A DNA stretch of 63,530 nucleotides, the filler included, from Candidatus Tectimicrobiota bacterium (GTDB lineage: Bacteria > JACPSX01), in the NCBI GenBank assembly GCA_016193065.1. It is 9 parts of 9 records of this genome, joined end to end, with 100 filler letters (N's around TTAATTAATTAA, not from the genome) between each part and the next. Parts side by side here need not be neighbours in the genome. Positions count along the whole stretch, not along the records: positions 47,239 to 52,200 come from JACPSX010000069.1; positions 52,301 to 55,420 come from JACPSX010000265.1; positions 55,521 to 59,043 come from JACPSX010000270.1; positions 59,144 to 63,530 come from JACPSX010000285.1; 5 more parts are not named here. One strand, written 5' to 3'. The position numbers were made by a program, and so were the translations under genes. This document shows, in pieces, positions 51,455 through 63,530 of this stretch (position 1 is its first letter; every line of letters starts with the position of its first letter). The notes beneath the pieces were generated by a model. It made no database searches and was not told where the DNA came from. It saw only the letters and a program-made list of their open reading frames with translations.

Positions 51455-51535
51455 GACATTTCCTCATAGGGCGCTTGCATTTCCTGCTACCCAGGTGTCG
51501 CCGATCGCCCTTGTCTCTTCCGGGGCAGAACGGCA

Positions 51536-52036
51536 TCAGGTGAGTACGCCTTGCTCAAGCCGATCAATCAGCGCTTCGACCTCGCGTGCCCCAACATCCG
51601 TTTTCGCAAGCGCAATCGGCCGTTCACCACCCAATGCTTCATTGGGTGTTGAGAGCCAGCGCCGTGCACTATCGAGGTTCCCTTCGAAGAGCTCAAGCAC
51701 CCTGCCGAAAATCCTGGAGAAGCGGACCAGTCGGTCCGACTCGTCCGGCGCCAGACGCCCCTGCTCCTTCCGGCGGTGGAGAGTTCGCGCACTCACCGCC
51801 ACAGCCTCAGCAAGATCGCTTGTCGAAAGCTTCGTATTCCGCTGAAGGCGCTCAAACGCCTGGAAGGCAAGCCCCCGTTCCACGCGCTTGACGATCCGCA
51901 GGGGATCCTGCTGGCGGATCCCCAGCAACCAGACATAGCCATAGGGCCCCGACTGGCTCGCTTGCATGGCCTCTCGATACGCCTTCACGTCCCGGGCCTC
52001 AGCGTGTGCCTTGGCAGCGATCAACCGCGATTTCAT
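51536..52036 (-). CDS. Xre/MbcA/ParS-family antitoxin (orphan)
   Basis: RTLHRRKEQGRL.PDESDRLVR...ARRWLSTPNEALGGERP...GAREVEALIDRLEQG. Confidence 0.88.
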   Translation of the reverse strand: MKSRLIAAKAHAEARDVKAYREAMQASQSGPYGYVWLLGIRQQDPLRIVKRVERGLAFQAFERLQRNTKLSTSDLAEAVAVSARTLHRRKEQGRLAPDESDRLVRFSRIFGRVLELFEGNLDSARRWLSTPNEALGGERPIALAKTDVGAREVEALIDRLEQGVLT

Positions 52037-52052
52037 GTCAACTTCCCCTTAC

Positions 52053-52088
52053 TTGCCATCTGGCACATTCTTGCCTGCCAAATGGCGA
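52053..52088. promoter_or_regulatory. Paired palindromes, putative Xre autoregulatory operator
   Basis: TTGCCATCTGGCA-N10-TGCCAAATGGCGA directly upstream of the xre start. Confidence 0.55.
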
Positions 52089-52300
52089 AGAGCAAACGGC
52101 ACTCGTACGCGTAAATTGGGGTCAGAGTACAAATATTGACGCAATCTGAGGAAAGGACTCTACTGTATGCTTCCGGATGCCCGGTCGAATCTCCCGAGAC
52201 NNNNNNNNNNNNNNNNNNNNNNNNNNNNNNNNNNNNNNNNNNNNTTAATTAATTAANNNNNNNNNNNNNNNNNNNNNNNNNNNNNNNNNNNNNNNNNNNN

Positions 52301-52622
52301 ACTCGGGCGGGCCAAGGAGATGATCTATACGGGGGCGATCATCGATGCCCGGGAGGCCGAGAGATTCGGCCTGGTCAACAAGGTGGTCCCTGCCTCCGAG
52401 TTGCGCGGCGCGGCAACGGAACTCGCCCAGAAGATCATCGAGAAGGCGCCCCTGGCCGTGCAGATGGCCAAGAAGTCGATCCACACAGGAATCCGGGGTG
52501 GACCCGCAGCGGGCCTTGCCTTCGAGAAGCACGTGCAGGCTATCCTGTTCGGCACCGAAGATAAGAGAGAAGGGACCAGCGCTTTTCTGGAAAAGAGAAA
52601 GCCCCAGTGGAAGGGGCGCTAG
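52301..52622 (+). CDS. Enoyl-CoA hydratase/crotonase family (5' truncated)
   Basis: IDAREAERFGLVNKVV, APLAVQMAK, TEDKREG..AFLEKRKP. Confidence 0.9.
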
Positions 52623-52629
52623 TTTTTCT

Positions 52630-53340
52630 GTGCGCTTCCCGCGGCCTCTGGTTCCAGGCATCCTGATCCGGCGCTACAAGCGCTTTCTGGCCGATGTCCG
52701 TTTGGCGGACGGCGCCGAGGTGACGGCTCACTGCCCCAACTCCGGCAGCATGCGTTCCTGCAACGAGCCCGGCCGGCCGGTCCTGCTCTCCCGCAGTTCC
52801 AATGAGAACCGTAAGCTCGCCTACACCTGGGAGATGATTCGCATGGGCCGGGTCTGGGTGGGGATTAACACGTCCCTTCCCAACCGGATCGTCCGGCAGG
52901 CCATTGAGGAGGGAAGGATCTCGGAACTGGGAGAATATCCGGAGATTCGCTCCGAGGTCCCCTTCGGCAAGGCAAGCCGTGTGGATCTCCTGCTCCAAGG
53001 TCCCGGTGCTCCTTGCTACGTGGAGGTGAAAAACGTCAGCCTAGTGGAGAAAGAGATCGCCTATTTTCCCGATTCGGTCACCGCGCGGGGGACCAAGCAT
53101 CTGCGCGAGCTGGCGGCCCGGGTCCGACAGGGGGACCGGGCGGTCATGTTCTATCTCGTGCAAAGGTCCGACGGGCGTGTCTTTCGCCCTGCAGACCACA
53201 TCGATCCCATTTACGGAAAGGCCCTGCGCCGCGCTCTCCGGGCGGGTGTCGAGATCCTCGTCTACCGAGCCAGAGTGTCCCCCCGGGGAGTTGTGATTGA
53301 CGGGAAGATCCCCTATGAAATTCCAGTCCTCTCCCCTTGA
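52630..53340 (+). CDS. sfsA: DNA/RNA nuclease SfsA
   Basis: RRYKRFLADV, AHCPNSGSM, YVEVKNV, FPDSVTARGTKHL. Confidence 0.93.
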   Translation: MRFPRPLVPGILIRRYKRFLADVRLADGAEVTAHCPNSGSMRSCNEPGRPVLLSRSSNENRKLAYTWEMIRMGRVWVGINTSLPNRIVRQAIEEGRISELGEYPEIRSEVPFGKASRVDLLLQGPGAPCYVEVKNVSLVEKEIAYFPDSVTARGTKHLRELAARVRQGDRAVMFYLVQRSDGRVFRPADHIDPIYGKALRRALRAGVEILVYRARVSPRGVVIDGKIPYEIPVLSP

Positions 53341-53350
53341 GTCTCAGTCC

Positions 53351-54025
53351 TTACCGAGAAGAGGGAAGGGCGATTTCCAGCATTCCGTCCCAGAACATGA
53401 GCTCGTACGCCTGCAAGAGGCGTGCAGCCCTCTTAATCTCAAGGGGAGTTTCACCCGCCGCCAACCCTGCGGCGATCACCGCAAGACCGCTCTCTTCCAG
53501 ATCGGGCGGAGGAGAGGCGAACAGATCGAAGAAAGCCACCTCGGAATCCTTGAGGCCGTGACGGCTCTTGAGAGCAGAACTCATGCGCCCGCAGTTGTAG
53601 CCCCAGGCGGGAAAGTTCACCAGGAGAGCAGCAGCCACCTGCCCCTGGCCTCCGTAAGAGCCCAGCCAAGCCAGGTACGCCGTGTAGGCCTGTCCCTTGG
53701 GAGTAGGGTCGTAGCTGTCGAGCCAGTTCTCGCTCACCCCCAGAGCGGCGGCCAGAGCTTTTAGAGCTTCCAAGGCCGCCTTCTCCCCCTGCAAAATGTT
53801 CCAGAAATACTCCCGGGAAGGGAGCGCCCCAAATCGGGTGACGAGGGCGGCAACACTGCGCAGGTCGCTGCGGATGATGTGAAACTGCTCCCCGGCAAAT
53901 TTCTGTAAGGCGGTCTTGCCGATGCTCCCCTCTGCGACTTTCGCCGGGTACGCATGAACCCGGAGGGTTTCCTCCAGATCCTTCATCTCGTTGGACATTT
54001 CACGGACGAGGCTCGCTGCATCCAT
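53351..54025 (-). CDS. TenA/THI-4/PqqC-family protein
   Basis: Heme-oxygenase-like helical pattern; AYTAYLAWL, ARLLQAYELMFWD. Confidence 0.8.
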   Translation of the reverse strand: MDAASLVREMSNEMKDLEETLRVHAYPAKVAEGSIGKTALQKFAGEQFHIIRSDLRSVAALVTRFGALPSREYFWNILQGEKAALEALKALAAALGVSENWLDSYDPTPKGQAYTAYLAWLGSYGGQGQVAAALLVNFPAWGYNCGRMSSALKSRHGLKDSEVAFFDLFASPPPDLEESGLAVIAAGLAAGETPLEIKRAARLLQAYELMFWDGMLEIALPSSR

Positions 54026-54201
54026 GCCGATCCTCCTTCGAGAACAGCCGGGAACCACGCCGCGGGAGCCGCCGGGTTCCCTGGCCGGTCAAGACTCCCG
54101 GTACCGCTCCATCAGTTTGCTGCAACCTACTCGTTTCGCCCGGTCGTCGTCTCTGCCGTAAAACGCGCTGCTCGGCTTCAAAGTATGACGCTGGAGCAGT
54201 C

Positions 54202-54729
54202 CTAGGACGCGGCCTTCCGGGCTGCTTCCAGAGCCGCTTCATAGTTGGGGTGAGAGGTTACTTCCTTGACGATTTCCACGTAGCGGACCGTGTCGTTTTT
54301 GTCGACTACGAAGATCGACCGGCTCAGCAGCCGGAGTTCTTTAATGAGGACCCCGTAGCCCAGTCCGAAGGAAGCTTCCCGGTGGTCCGAGGCGGTCTTC
54401 AGCCGGTCGATGCCTGCCGTGCTGCAAAAGCGCCCCTGGGCGAACGGCAGGTCCATGCTGATCGTAAGGATCTCAAAATTGTCCGGGAGCTTGGCGGCCT
54501 CTTCGTTGAAGCGCCGGGTTTGCTGATCGCAAACGGGAGTATCCAAAGACGGCACGACGCTGAAAAGCCGGGCTTTCCCGCGGGAACTTTCCAGTGTGAC
54601 TGGGGAGAGGTCCTTGGCGAGCACCGAAAAATTAGGGGCCTGGTCTCCAACCCTGATTTCAGGGCCGAGAAGGGTGAGGGGATTTCCCTTGAACGTGATG
54701 ACTCCGCTTCTTTCCTGGGGCATGATCAC
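54202..54729 (-). CDS. tpx: Thiol peroxidase (atypical 2-Cys peroxiredoxin)
   Basis: VPSLDTPVCDQQTRRFN, SMDLPFAQGRFC. Confidence 0.95.
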   Translation of the reverse strand: MIMPQERSGVITFKGNPLTLLGPEIRVGDQAPNFSVLAKDLSPVTLESSRGKARLFSVVPSLDTPVCDQQTRRFNEEAAKLPDNFEILTISMDLPFAQGRFCSTAGIDRLKTASDHREASFGLGYGVLIKELRLLSRSIFVVDKNDTVRYVEIVKEVTSHPNYEAALEAARKAAS

Positions 54730-54859
54730 TCCTCCTGTATGCGCACAGTTCGTTCGTTAGTTGGTCTGGAAAGGTACGCCGCGCCGCGGCGGGACGGCTT
54801 GAAAATCAATTAAATTATACCCCTCGGCTGGAATGCTGTCAAAAGAACCTCAGACAAAA

Positions 54860-55171
54860 TCATCGGTCGGGAGGGGAGATCAGTTTGTGAAGAGCGTCCA
54901 GAAGGTTGTAGTGAATCTCTCCGGGAGTCAGATTATCAAAGAAGGTTCTGATCTCCCCGAGCTTTTTCTCGGTCAGGGAGATCCGCGTATAGCCGGAAGC
55001 GCATTCGGTCTCGATGAATTTATCCGCGCATTTCCGGCAAAGCACCTCGACCCTGCGAGTGATGGAGTAGCTAGGATATTTGGGATAGAATTTTTCCACC
55101 AGATCGACGGGCTGGCCCCCGCACCATTTGCAGATCACGACCGCAAAAAGATTTCCCTTTTTGGCTCCCAT
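54860..55171 (-). CDS. Hypothetical 103-aa protein with two CxxC motifs
   Basis: CKWC ... CRKC; co-oriented with tpx. Confidence 0.45.
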   Translation of the reverse strand: MGAKKGNLFAVVICKWCGGQPVDLVEKFYPKYPSYSITRRVEVLCRKCADKFIETECASGYTRISLTEKKLGEIRTFFDNLTPGEIHYNLLDALHKLISPPDR

Positions 55172-55520
55172 GGCTCTCTTTTCTCGGCTCTGTGCCGGTT
55201 TCCCCCGGATTGAATTCCCCTCACGTTCGTGAAGGATGTATTGGTCACCCTGTAAATCAATATAGCATAACGGGATGTGGGCCACAATTTGTCTGCCCGG
55301 CTGAGGGGGAGCCGTGGCTCCGGAGTGGATCAAGACGGCCGAAGGGGCTCGCGGAGAGGCTCACCCGCAAAGCGGGTACCCGGCAAAGCGGGTACCCGGC
55401 AAGGCGGAGTTGATTCCCCCNNNNNNNNNNNNNNNNNNNNNNNNNNNNNNNNNNNNNNNNNNNNTTAATTAATTAANNNNNNNNNNNNNNNNNNNNNNNN
55501 NNNNNNNNNNNNNNNNNNNN

Positions 55521-55634
55521 CAAATGTCTCATCGCAAGCGCTTCGTGAGCCGGGTACCCGTCCTGGGTGTGGGCACCCCGAGGAGCCGATGGGGATAGCA
55601 ATTGTTCCTTCTTAGGCAAACTGGGGGTGGGCAA
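55521..55634 (+). repeat. Right end of the MITE-like repeat at contig start
   Basis: CGCAAGCGCTTCGTGAGCC...GGGCACCCCGAGG and TIR AAACTGGGGGTGGGCAA. Confidence 0.8.
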
Positions 55635-55709
55635 AACAAGATACCTTATAGATGGGGTCGGTTATAATTAACAAAACTCAGCCGTTCTGTCAAGGAGATC
55701 GGGAAAATC

Positions 55710-57425
55710 ATGATGTTTTCGAAACAAGGCCGCACGGTTTGGATGCTGGTTCTTCTAAGCCTCCTCCTCTTCACTCCGTTCGCTGGAACCGCCGCAGAGC
55801 GCTCTTCCGCGCAGAGCGCTCACGGGATGGTGGCCTCCGCCCATCCCCTCGCTTCCCGGACCGGAATCGAGATCCTCAAGAAGGGCGGAAACGCCGTGGA
55901 CGCGGCCGTGGCCATGGCCTTCGTCCTCGGGGTCGTGGAGCCCCACAGCTCGGGGATCGGCGGTGGCGGCTTCATGCTGATCCGCAGCGGCAGGAGCGGG
56001 GAGATCACGGCTCTCGACTACCGGGAAAAGGCCCCGGCCCGAGCCTCCCGAGATATGTACCTGGACAAGTCCGGCAACGTCGTCCCCGGCCTCAGCACGG
56101 AAGGCTACCGGGCCGCCGCCGTCCCCGGCACCGTGGCGGGCCTGACCCTCGCCCTGCAAAAATACGGCAGCAAGACCCTCCCGCAGGTTCTGTCTCCGGC
56201 GATCCGCTACGCGGACCAGGGATTCCCGGTCAGCGCATATCTTCGGGAGCAGATCAAGTCCCAGCAGGAGAAGCTGGCGAAATTTCCCGACAGCCGGCGG
56301 ATTTTTCTGCACAATGGCAACCCTCCCCAGGTCGGGGAAATCCTGGTCCAGAAGGAACTGGCCAACACGCTCAAAGCGGTCGCCCAGAAGGGAGTCCGCA
56401 TCTTCTACGAAGGGTCCATTGCGGACATCATCGACCGGGAGATGCGGAAAAACGGCGGCCTCATGAGGGAGGACGATCTGGCGGCTTACCGGGCCGTCCT
56501 GCGCCCGCCTGTCCGGGGAACGTACCGGGGCTACGAAATCGTTTCCATGCCTCCGCCGAGCTCCGGCGGCGTCCACCTGATCCAGATCCTGAACATCCTG
56601 GAGGGGTACGACCTGCACCGCATGGGCCGTCACTCCGCCGCCGCCGTTCATCTGGAGGTGGAAGCCTTCCGTCGTGCCTATGCAGACCGGGCTCAGTTCC
56701 TGGGAGACCCCGGGTTTGTCAAAATTCCCGTCGCGGGCCTCCTCTCCAAGCCCTACGCGACCGCCTTGAGGGGAAAGATCGACCTCGACCGGGCCACCCC
56801 GAGCCGGGAAGTAAAGCCCGGCAACCCGGCGGCTTACGAGAGTCCCAGCACAACCCATCTCTCCGTCGTAGACCGGGAAGGGAACGCGGTGGCCTTGACC
56901 CAGACCATCAACACCACCTTCGGTTCCGGCGTGGTAATCCCCAGCACGGGGATCCTTCTCAACAACGAGATGGACGACTTCAGCGCCAAGCCGGGTGTTT
57001 CCAATGTCTACGGTCTGGTCGGGAGCGAGGCCAACTCCATCGCGCCTGGAAAGATCCCCCTGAGCAGCATGACGCCGACGATGGTCTTCCGGGGAGGCAA
57101 GCTGTTCCTGGTTCTGGGAAGCCCCGGGGGCTCGCGGATCATCACGGCCGCTGTGCAAGTCATCCTGAACGTGATTGATTACGGTATGAACATTCGTGAC
57201 GCCGTCTCCGCCCCCCGGATTCACCACCAGTGGCTGCCGGACGAGGTGCAGATGGAGAAGGGGGCGCTCCCCTCCCGGGTCCTGCGAGCGCTGGAAGCCA
57301 TGGGGCACACCGTGCGGGAGAGGGACTCCATGGGGAACGTGCAGGCCATCCTGGTCGATCCAGCGACAGGCGCGCCTTCGGGCGTCTCGGATCCCCGCGG
57401 TGTAGGAGTCGCTCTGGCGCAGTAA
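55710..57425 (+). CDS. ggt: Gamma-glutamyltransferase
   Basis: Signal peptide; GGNAVDAAVA; STTHLSVVD; LLNNEMDDF; PLSSMTP; GSPGG. Confidence 0.96.
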   Translation: MMFSKQGRTVWMLVLLSLLLFTPFAGTAAERSSAQSAHGMVASAHPLASRTGIEILKKGGNAVDAAVAMAFVLGVVEPHSSGIGGGGFMLIRSGRSGEITALDYREKAPARASRDMYLDKSGNVVPGLSTEGYRAAAVPGTVAGLTLALQKYGSKTLPQVLSPAIRYADQGFPVSAYLREQIKSQQEKLAKFPDSRRIFLHNGNPPQVGEILVQKELANTLKAVAQKGVRIFYEGSIADIIDREMRKNGGLMREDDLAAYRAVLRPPVRGTYRGYEIVSMPPPSSGGVHLIQILNILEGYDLHRMGRHSAAAVHLEVEAFRRAYADRAQFLGDPGFVKIPVAGLLSKPYATALRGKIDLDRATPSREVKPGNPAAYESPSTTHLSVVDREGNAVALTQTINTTFGSGVVIPSTGILLNNEMDDFSAKPGVSNVYGLVGSEANSIAPGKIPLSSMTPTMVFRGGKLFLVLGSPGGSRIITAAVQVILNVIDYGMNIRDAVSAPRIHHQWLPDEVQMEKGALPSRVLRALEAMGHTVRERDSMGNVQAILVDPATGAPSGVSDPRGVGVALAQ

Positions 57426-57449
57426 CTCAGAGGGGATGGAACCAAATCT

Positions 57450-57650
57450 ATGACTTTCAATGAATTGATCCGGCTTCTGGAACGCAACGGATTTGAGCTG
57501 ATCAAAGAAAAGGGTTCAATCCAATACTATGGAAAACGAGGCGTAGACAGGCTGATCCGTATTGACTATCATGGGGCAAGAGAGGTGCCGACCGGCACCT
57601 GCAATGCGATCTTAAAAGCGGCCGGATTGAAACGGCGAGGTGGGAATTAA
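57450..57650 (+). CDS. HicA-family toxin
   Basis: LIRLLERNGF...KGS...HGAREVPTGTCNAILKAAGL; the usual GSH motif reads GSI. Confidence 0.8.
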   Translation: MTFNELIRLLERNGFELIKEKGSIQYYGKRGVDRLIRIDYHGAREVPTGTCNAILKAAGLKRRGGN

Positions 57651-57651
57651 G

Positions 57652-57903
57652 ATGATCGAGTTGAAATACTCCCTCGTGATCGAAGCCACCGAAGATCCTA
57701 ATTTCTTTGCTTTTTATTCCCCTGACATCGAGGGATTCACCGGAGTTGGACATTCCATAGAGGATTGCCTTTACAAAGCGAAATGGGGAATGGAAGAACA
57801 CCTCTCCCTCTTAAAGGCAAGGAAACTCCCTGTTCCCAAACCCAATCCGAATCCAAAAATTGTCATCCAGAACGCACATAAGAAACTGAAGCGAGTGGTT
57901 TGA
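57652..57903 (+). CDS. HicB-family antitoxin
   Basis: YSPDIEGFTGVGHSIEDC...LPVP. Confidence 0.85.
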   Translation: MIELKYSLVIEATEDPNFFAFYSPDIEGFTGVGHSIEDCLYKAKWGMEEHLSLLKARKLPVPKPNPNPKIVIQNAHKKLKRVV

Positions 57904-58076
57904 GTCGGACTGGTCTCGCCTTCCCGAAGGCTGGAAAATCCCCTTGCAGTCCACGCCGGACCTGCATATAGTACCTCCTGCCCTTGCCCGCTGACTGTAT
58001 CCCTGCTCTGGTCCCTCGCGCCCATATGGACGGCCCGTATCGCAAGACCGAGAACGAACCAGGGGGTTAATCAGAT

Positions 58077-59043
58077 ATGTACGCGAATGAAAAACTAGAG
58101 ACTGCCAGCCGCGATCGGATCCGTTCCATACAGGAGGAGAAGCTCCAGGCTCTGCTGGATCAGGTCGCCCGCTCCAACCGCTTCTACCAGGAAAAATGGC
58201 AAAAGGCCGGCGTGAACCCGAGGGACATCCGCACTCTGGACGATCTGAGGCGCCTCCCCTTCACCACGAAGTCGGAGCTCTCCCAGAATCAAAAAGATTA
58301 TCCCCTGTTCGGGACTGATCTTACCTACCCTCTGGAGCGTTACATCCGCTTCCACCAGACCTCGGGAACCACGGGTCAACCCCTGCGCTGGATCGACACG
58401 CCGGAGAGCTGGGACTGGTTCGTGAGCGCCTGGTCCTACATCTTCACGGCAGGCGGGGTCGGCCCCGGAGACCGCATCTATTTTGCCTTTTCTTTCGGCC
58501 CCTTCATCGGCTTCTGGGCCGCCGTGGAAGGGGCCCGTTTGGTGAGCGCCCTGGTCCTGCCCGGCGGCGGGCTCGACTCGATCCAGCGCCTGAACGCCAT
58601 TCAGGACAACGAGGCCACCGTTCTCCTGTGCACCCCGACGTACGCCCTGCGCCTGGCCGAGGCGGGCCGGGAAAAAGGAATCGATACGGCCCGCTCCACG
58701 ATCCGGACCACGATCCACGCGGGGGAACCCGGGGCCAGCATCCCCGCCACCCGGCGGCGGATTGAAGAGGCCTGGGGAGCCCGCTGCCTCGACCACGCCG
58801 GAGCCACGGAGGTGGGAGCCCACAGCTTCGAGTGTCAGGAAAACGGCGGAGGGCTCCACATCATCGAAACCGAGTTCATCGCCGAAGTTCTCGACCCGCA
58901 AACCCAGGAGCCCGTCAAGCCCGGGGAAAGGGGAGAGCTCGTGATCACAAACCTGGGGAGGATCGCCAGCCCGGTGATCCGCTACCGCACGGGGGACCTG
59001 GTGGAGCCCAACTGGGAGCGCTGCGTCTGCGGGCGCACCTTCC
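58077..59043 (+). CDS. Phenylacetate-CoA ligase family protein (3' truncated)
   Basis: LPFTTK, HQTSGTTG, CTPTYAL, AGEPG, IRYRTGD. Confidence 0.9.
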
Positions 59044-59420
59044 NNNNNNNNNNNNNNNNNNNNNNNNNNNNNNNNNNNNNNNNNNNNTTAATTAATTAAN
59101 NNNNNNNNNNNNNNNNNNNNNNNNNNNNNNNNNNNNNNNNNNNCCGATGACTATTCCGGGTTCGCCCCGAATGGTCTCAAACTGGCCCAGCGGGTGAGAG
59201 AAGACTTCGGCTTCCGCCGGCAGAGAGAGCAAGGTAAAAAGAGCGAACAGGGGGAGAACTCGGGACACGATTCGTCGCCACAGAAAGAAGCCGGAAAGCG
59301 GGCACGGGTCTCTTGCGAAAACAGGCACGATGCCCCCCCTTACAACTCTCTGACCGGGACCCTTCCCGAAAAAGAACGGCTCAACAAACAGGAAAGGGGT
59401 GTACTGCTGACTCCCTAGAT

Positions 59421-59834
59421 TTATCCAGGAAGTTTCTTGCTGATCACCTGCAGGCGGATCAAGGCTTTTTGGAGGGCGACCTGAGCCCGTTCGAAGTCCA
59501 CGGTGTCCTCGCCCCCGGCCAGCCGCTTCTCGGCCCGCCGGCGGGCCGCCTCGGCCCGTTCCCTGTCAATCTCTTCGGCCTTCTCGGCAATCTCGGCCAG
59601 GATCGTGACCGACTCGGGCTCCACCTCCGCGTAACCCCAGGCAATGGAAAGGTAGTGGCGCTCACTGCCTTTGCGGTAGCAAACCTCGCCAATTCCCAGG
59701 GAGGAGAGAAACGGCGTATGGCCCGGCAGGACTCCGAACTCGCCCAATGTACCCGGCGCCGTCACTTCATCCACGCGTTCCTCAACCACCAGCCGGTCCG
59801 GCGTGACGATCTGGAGGGATAGGATCTCCGCCAT
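59421..59834 (-). CDS. atpC: ATP synthase F1 epsilon subunit
   Basis: IVTPDR, GEFGVLPGH, IDRERAEAA. Confidence 0.95.
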   Translation of the reverse strand: MAEILSLQIVTPDRLVVEERVDEVTAPGTLGEFGVLPGHTPFLSSLGIGEVCYRKGSERHYLSIAWGYAEVEPESVTILAEIAEKAEEIDRERAEAARRRAEKRLAGGEDTVDFERAQVALQKALIRLQVISKKLPG

Positions 59835-59842
59835 GATCTCCC

Positions 59843-62180
<2,338 letters not shown>

Positions 62181-63530
62181 TTACGCTGGCCTTTCCGCCG
62201 CCTCGGCCCTGGGGGCAAGCCCTTCTTGGGTCAGGAACTGTTCTTTAAACTCCTCGATGGCCTGCCGCAGCTTCCCTTCCATTGCCTCATCGAGGTCCTT
62301 CTTTTCGACGATTTCGCGACCCACCTGGGGGTAGCGGTTCTCCATGAACGCGTAGAACTCTTTTTCAAATTTCCGGCAGGCTTCCACCGGCACATTGTCG
62401 AGGTACCCGCTTACCCCCGCATAGATCAACATGATCTGCTTTTCCACCGGCAAGGGTTCGTATTGACCCTGCTTGAGGATCTCGACCATCCTCTGCCCCC
62501 TGGCCAGTTGCGCCTGGGTCGCCGGGTCGAGTTCGCTGCCGAACTGGGCGAAGGCGGCCATCTCCCGATACTGCGCCAGATCCAGGCGCAGGCTCCCCGC
62601 GAAACGCTTCATGGCTTTGATCTGGGCCGCTCCGCCCACCCGGGAAACCGAGAGCCCCACGTTGATCGCAGGGCGGACGCCGGCGTAAAACAGATCCCCT
62701 TCCAGGTAAATCTGCCCGTCCGTGATGGAGATCACGTTGGTCGGGATGTAGGCGGAGACGTCACCGGCCTGGGTCTCGATGATCGGTAGGGCCGTTAGGG
62801 ATCCACCCCCGAGCTTTTCGTTGAGCTTGGCGGCCCGCTCCAGGAGCCGGGAATGCAGATAGAAGACATCCCCCGGATAAGCTTCCCGCCCCGGGGGCCG
62901 GCGCAGCAACAGGGAGAGCTGGCGGTAGGCGGCGGCTTGCTTGGAGAGGTCATCGTAGATGACCAGGGCGTGGCGTCCGCTGTCCCGGAAGTACTCCCCC
63001 ATGGCACAGCCCGCGTAAGGCGCAATGTACTGCAGCGGGGCCGGGTCACTGGCCGTGGCCGCAACCACGATGGTATAGTCCATCGCGCCGTTATCCTCCA
63101 GGGCCTTCACGACCCGGGCCACCGTGGAGCGCTTCTGCCCTGTCGCCACATAGATGCAAAAAACCCCCGTCGTTTTCTGGTTGATGATCGCGTCGATGAC
63201 GATGGCGGTCTTGCCCGTTTGCCGGTCCCCGATGATGAGCTCTCTTTGCCCCCGGCCGATGGGGATCATGGAGGCGATGGCCTTGATCCCGGTCTGCAAG
63301 GGTTCGTTCACGGGGAGGCGGTCCACCACGCCCGGGGCCAGGCGCTCGATGGGGGCGTTTTGCTTGGAACTGATCGGCCCCTTGCCGTCCAGGGGCTGGC
63401 CCAGGGGGTTGACCACGCGTCCGACCAGGGCCTCGCCCACGGGTACTTCCACAATGCGGCCCGTCATGCGGACCTCGTCGCCTTCCTCGATCAGGCGATC
63501 ATCTCCCAGGAGAACACACCCCACGTTGTC
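62181..63530 (-). CDS. atpA: ATP synthase F1 alpha subunit (5' part outside window)
   Basis: [21 protein letters not shown]. Confidence 0.97.
   Translation of the reverse strand, partial: DNVGCVLLGDDRLIEEGDEVRMTGRIVEVPVGEALVGRVVNPLGQPLDGKGPISSKQNAPIERLAPGVVDRLPVNEPLQTGIKAIASMIPIGRGQRELIIGDRQTGKTAIVIDAIINQKTTGVFCIYVATGQKRSTVARVVKALEDNGAMDYTIVVAATASDPAPLQYIAPYAGCAMGEYFRDSGRHALVIYDDLSKQAAAYRQLSLLLRRPPGREAYPGDVFYLHSRLLERAAKLNEKLGGGSLTALPIIETQAGDVSAYIPTNVISITDGQIYLEGDLFYAGVRPAINVGLSVSRVGGAAQIKAMKRFAGSLRLDLAQYREMAAFAQFGSELDPATQAQLARGQRMVEILKQGQYEPLPVEKQIMLIYAGVSGYLDNVPVEACRKFEKEFYAFMENRYPQVGREIVEKKDLDEAMEGKLRQAIEEFKEQFLTQEGLAPRAEAAERPA

Noticed and set aside
52061-52074. TGGCAC...TTGC as a sigma-54 promoter
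   Set aside because: GG-to-GC spacing is 9 nt instead of 10; better explained as part of the palindromic operator.

Overview
This 63.5 kb window is not contiguous DNA. It is nine assembly contigs from a GC-rich bacterial genome (probably a MAG), joined by 100-nt N/TTAATTAATTAA/N linkers, so gene neighbourhoods only count within a contig. Most of it is housekeeping: metF, moaA, sufSU plus a SufT-like gene, uvrBC, gltB/Lrp, a glcD-glcE fusion, mutY, panE, sfsA, tpx, ggt and atpAGDC. It also carries a nested IS pair (an ISKra4-like element inside IS1380), several toxin-antitoxin genes, an acetophenone-carboxylase-like apcA/apcB pair and a family of MITE-like and short palindromic repeats, two of which sit in frame inside trmJ and atpG. 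The main finding is on contig 4 (19985-30259): a co-oriented redox cluster with four in-frame UGA codons that the ORF track treats as stops. All four occupy Cys positions and are followed by SECIS-like hairpins. They define a UxxC glutaredoxin, a UxxC TlpA and a 103-aa zinc-ribbon-like protein with two CxxU motifs that I cannot assign to a known selenoprotein family. Their neighbours are CcdA, two DoxX genes, a pentaheme cytochrome, a TsdA/SoxA-like monoheme cytochrome and NPCA-repeat proteins. All assignments come from motif reading by eye; no searches were run.
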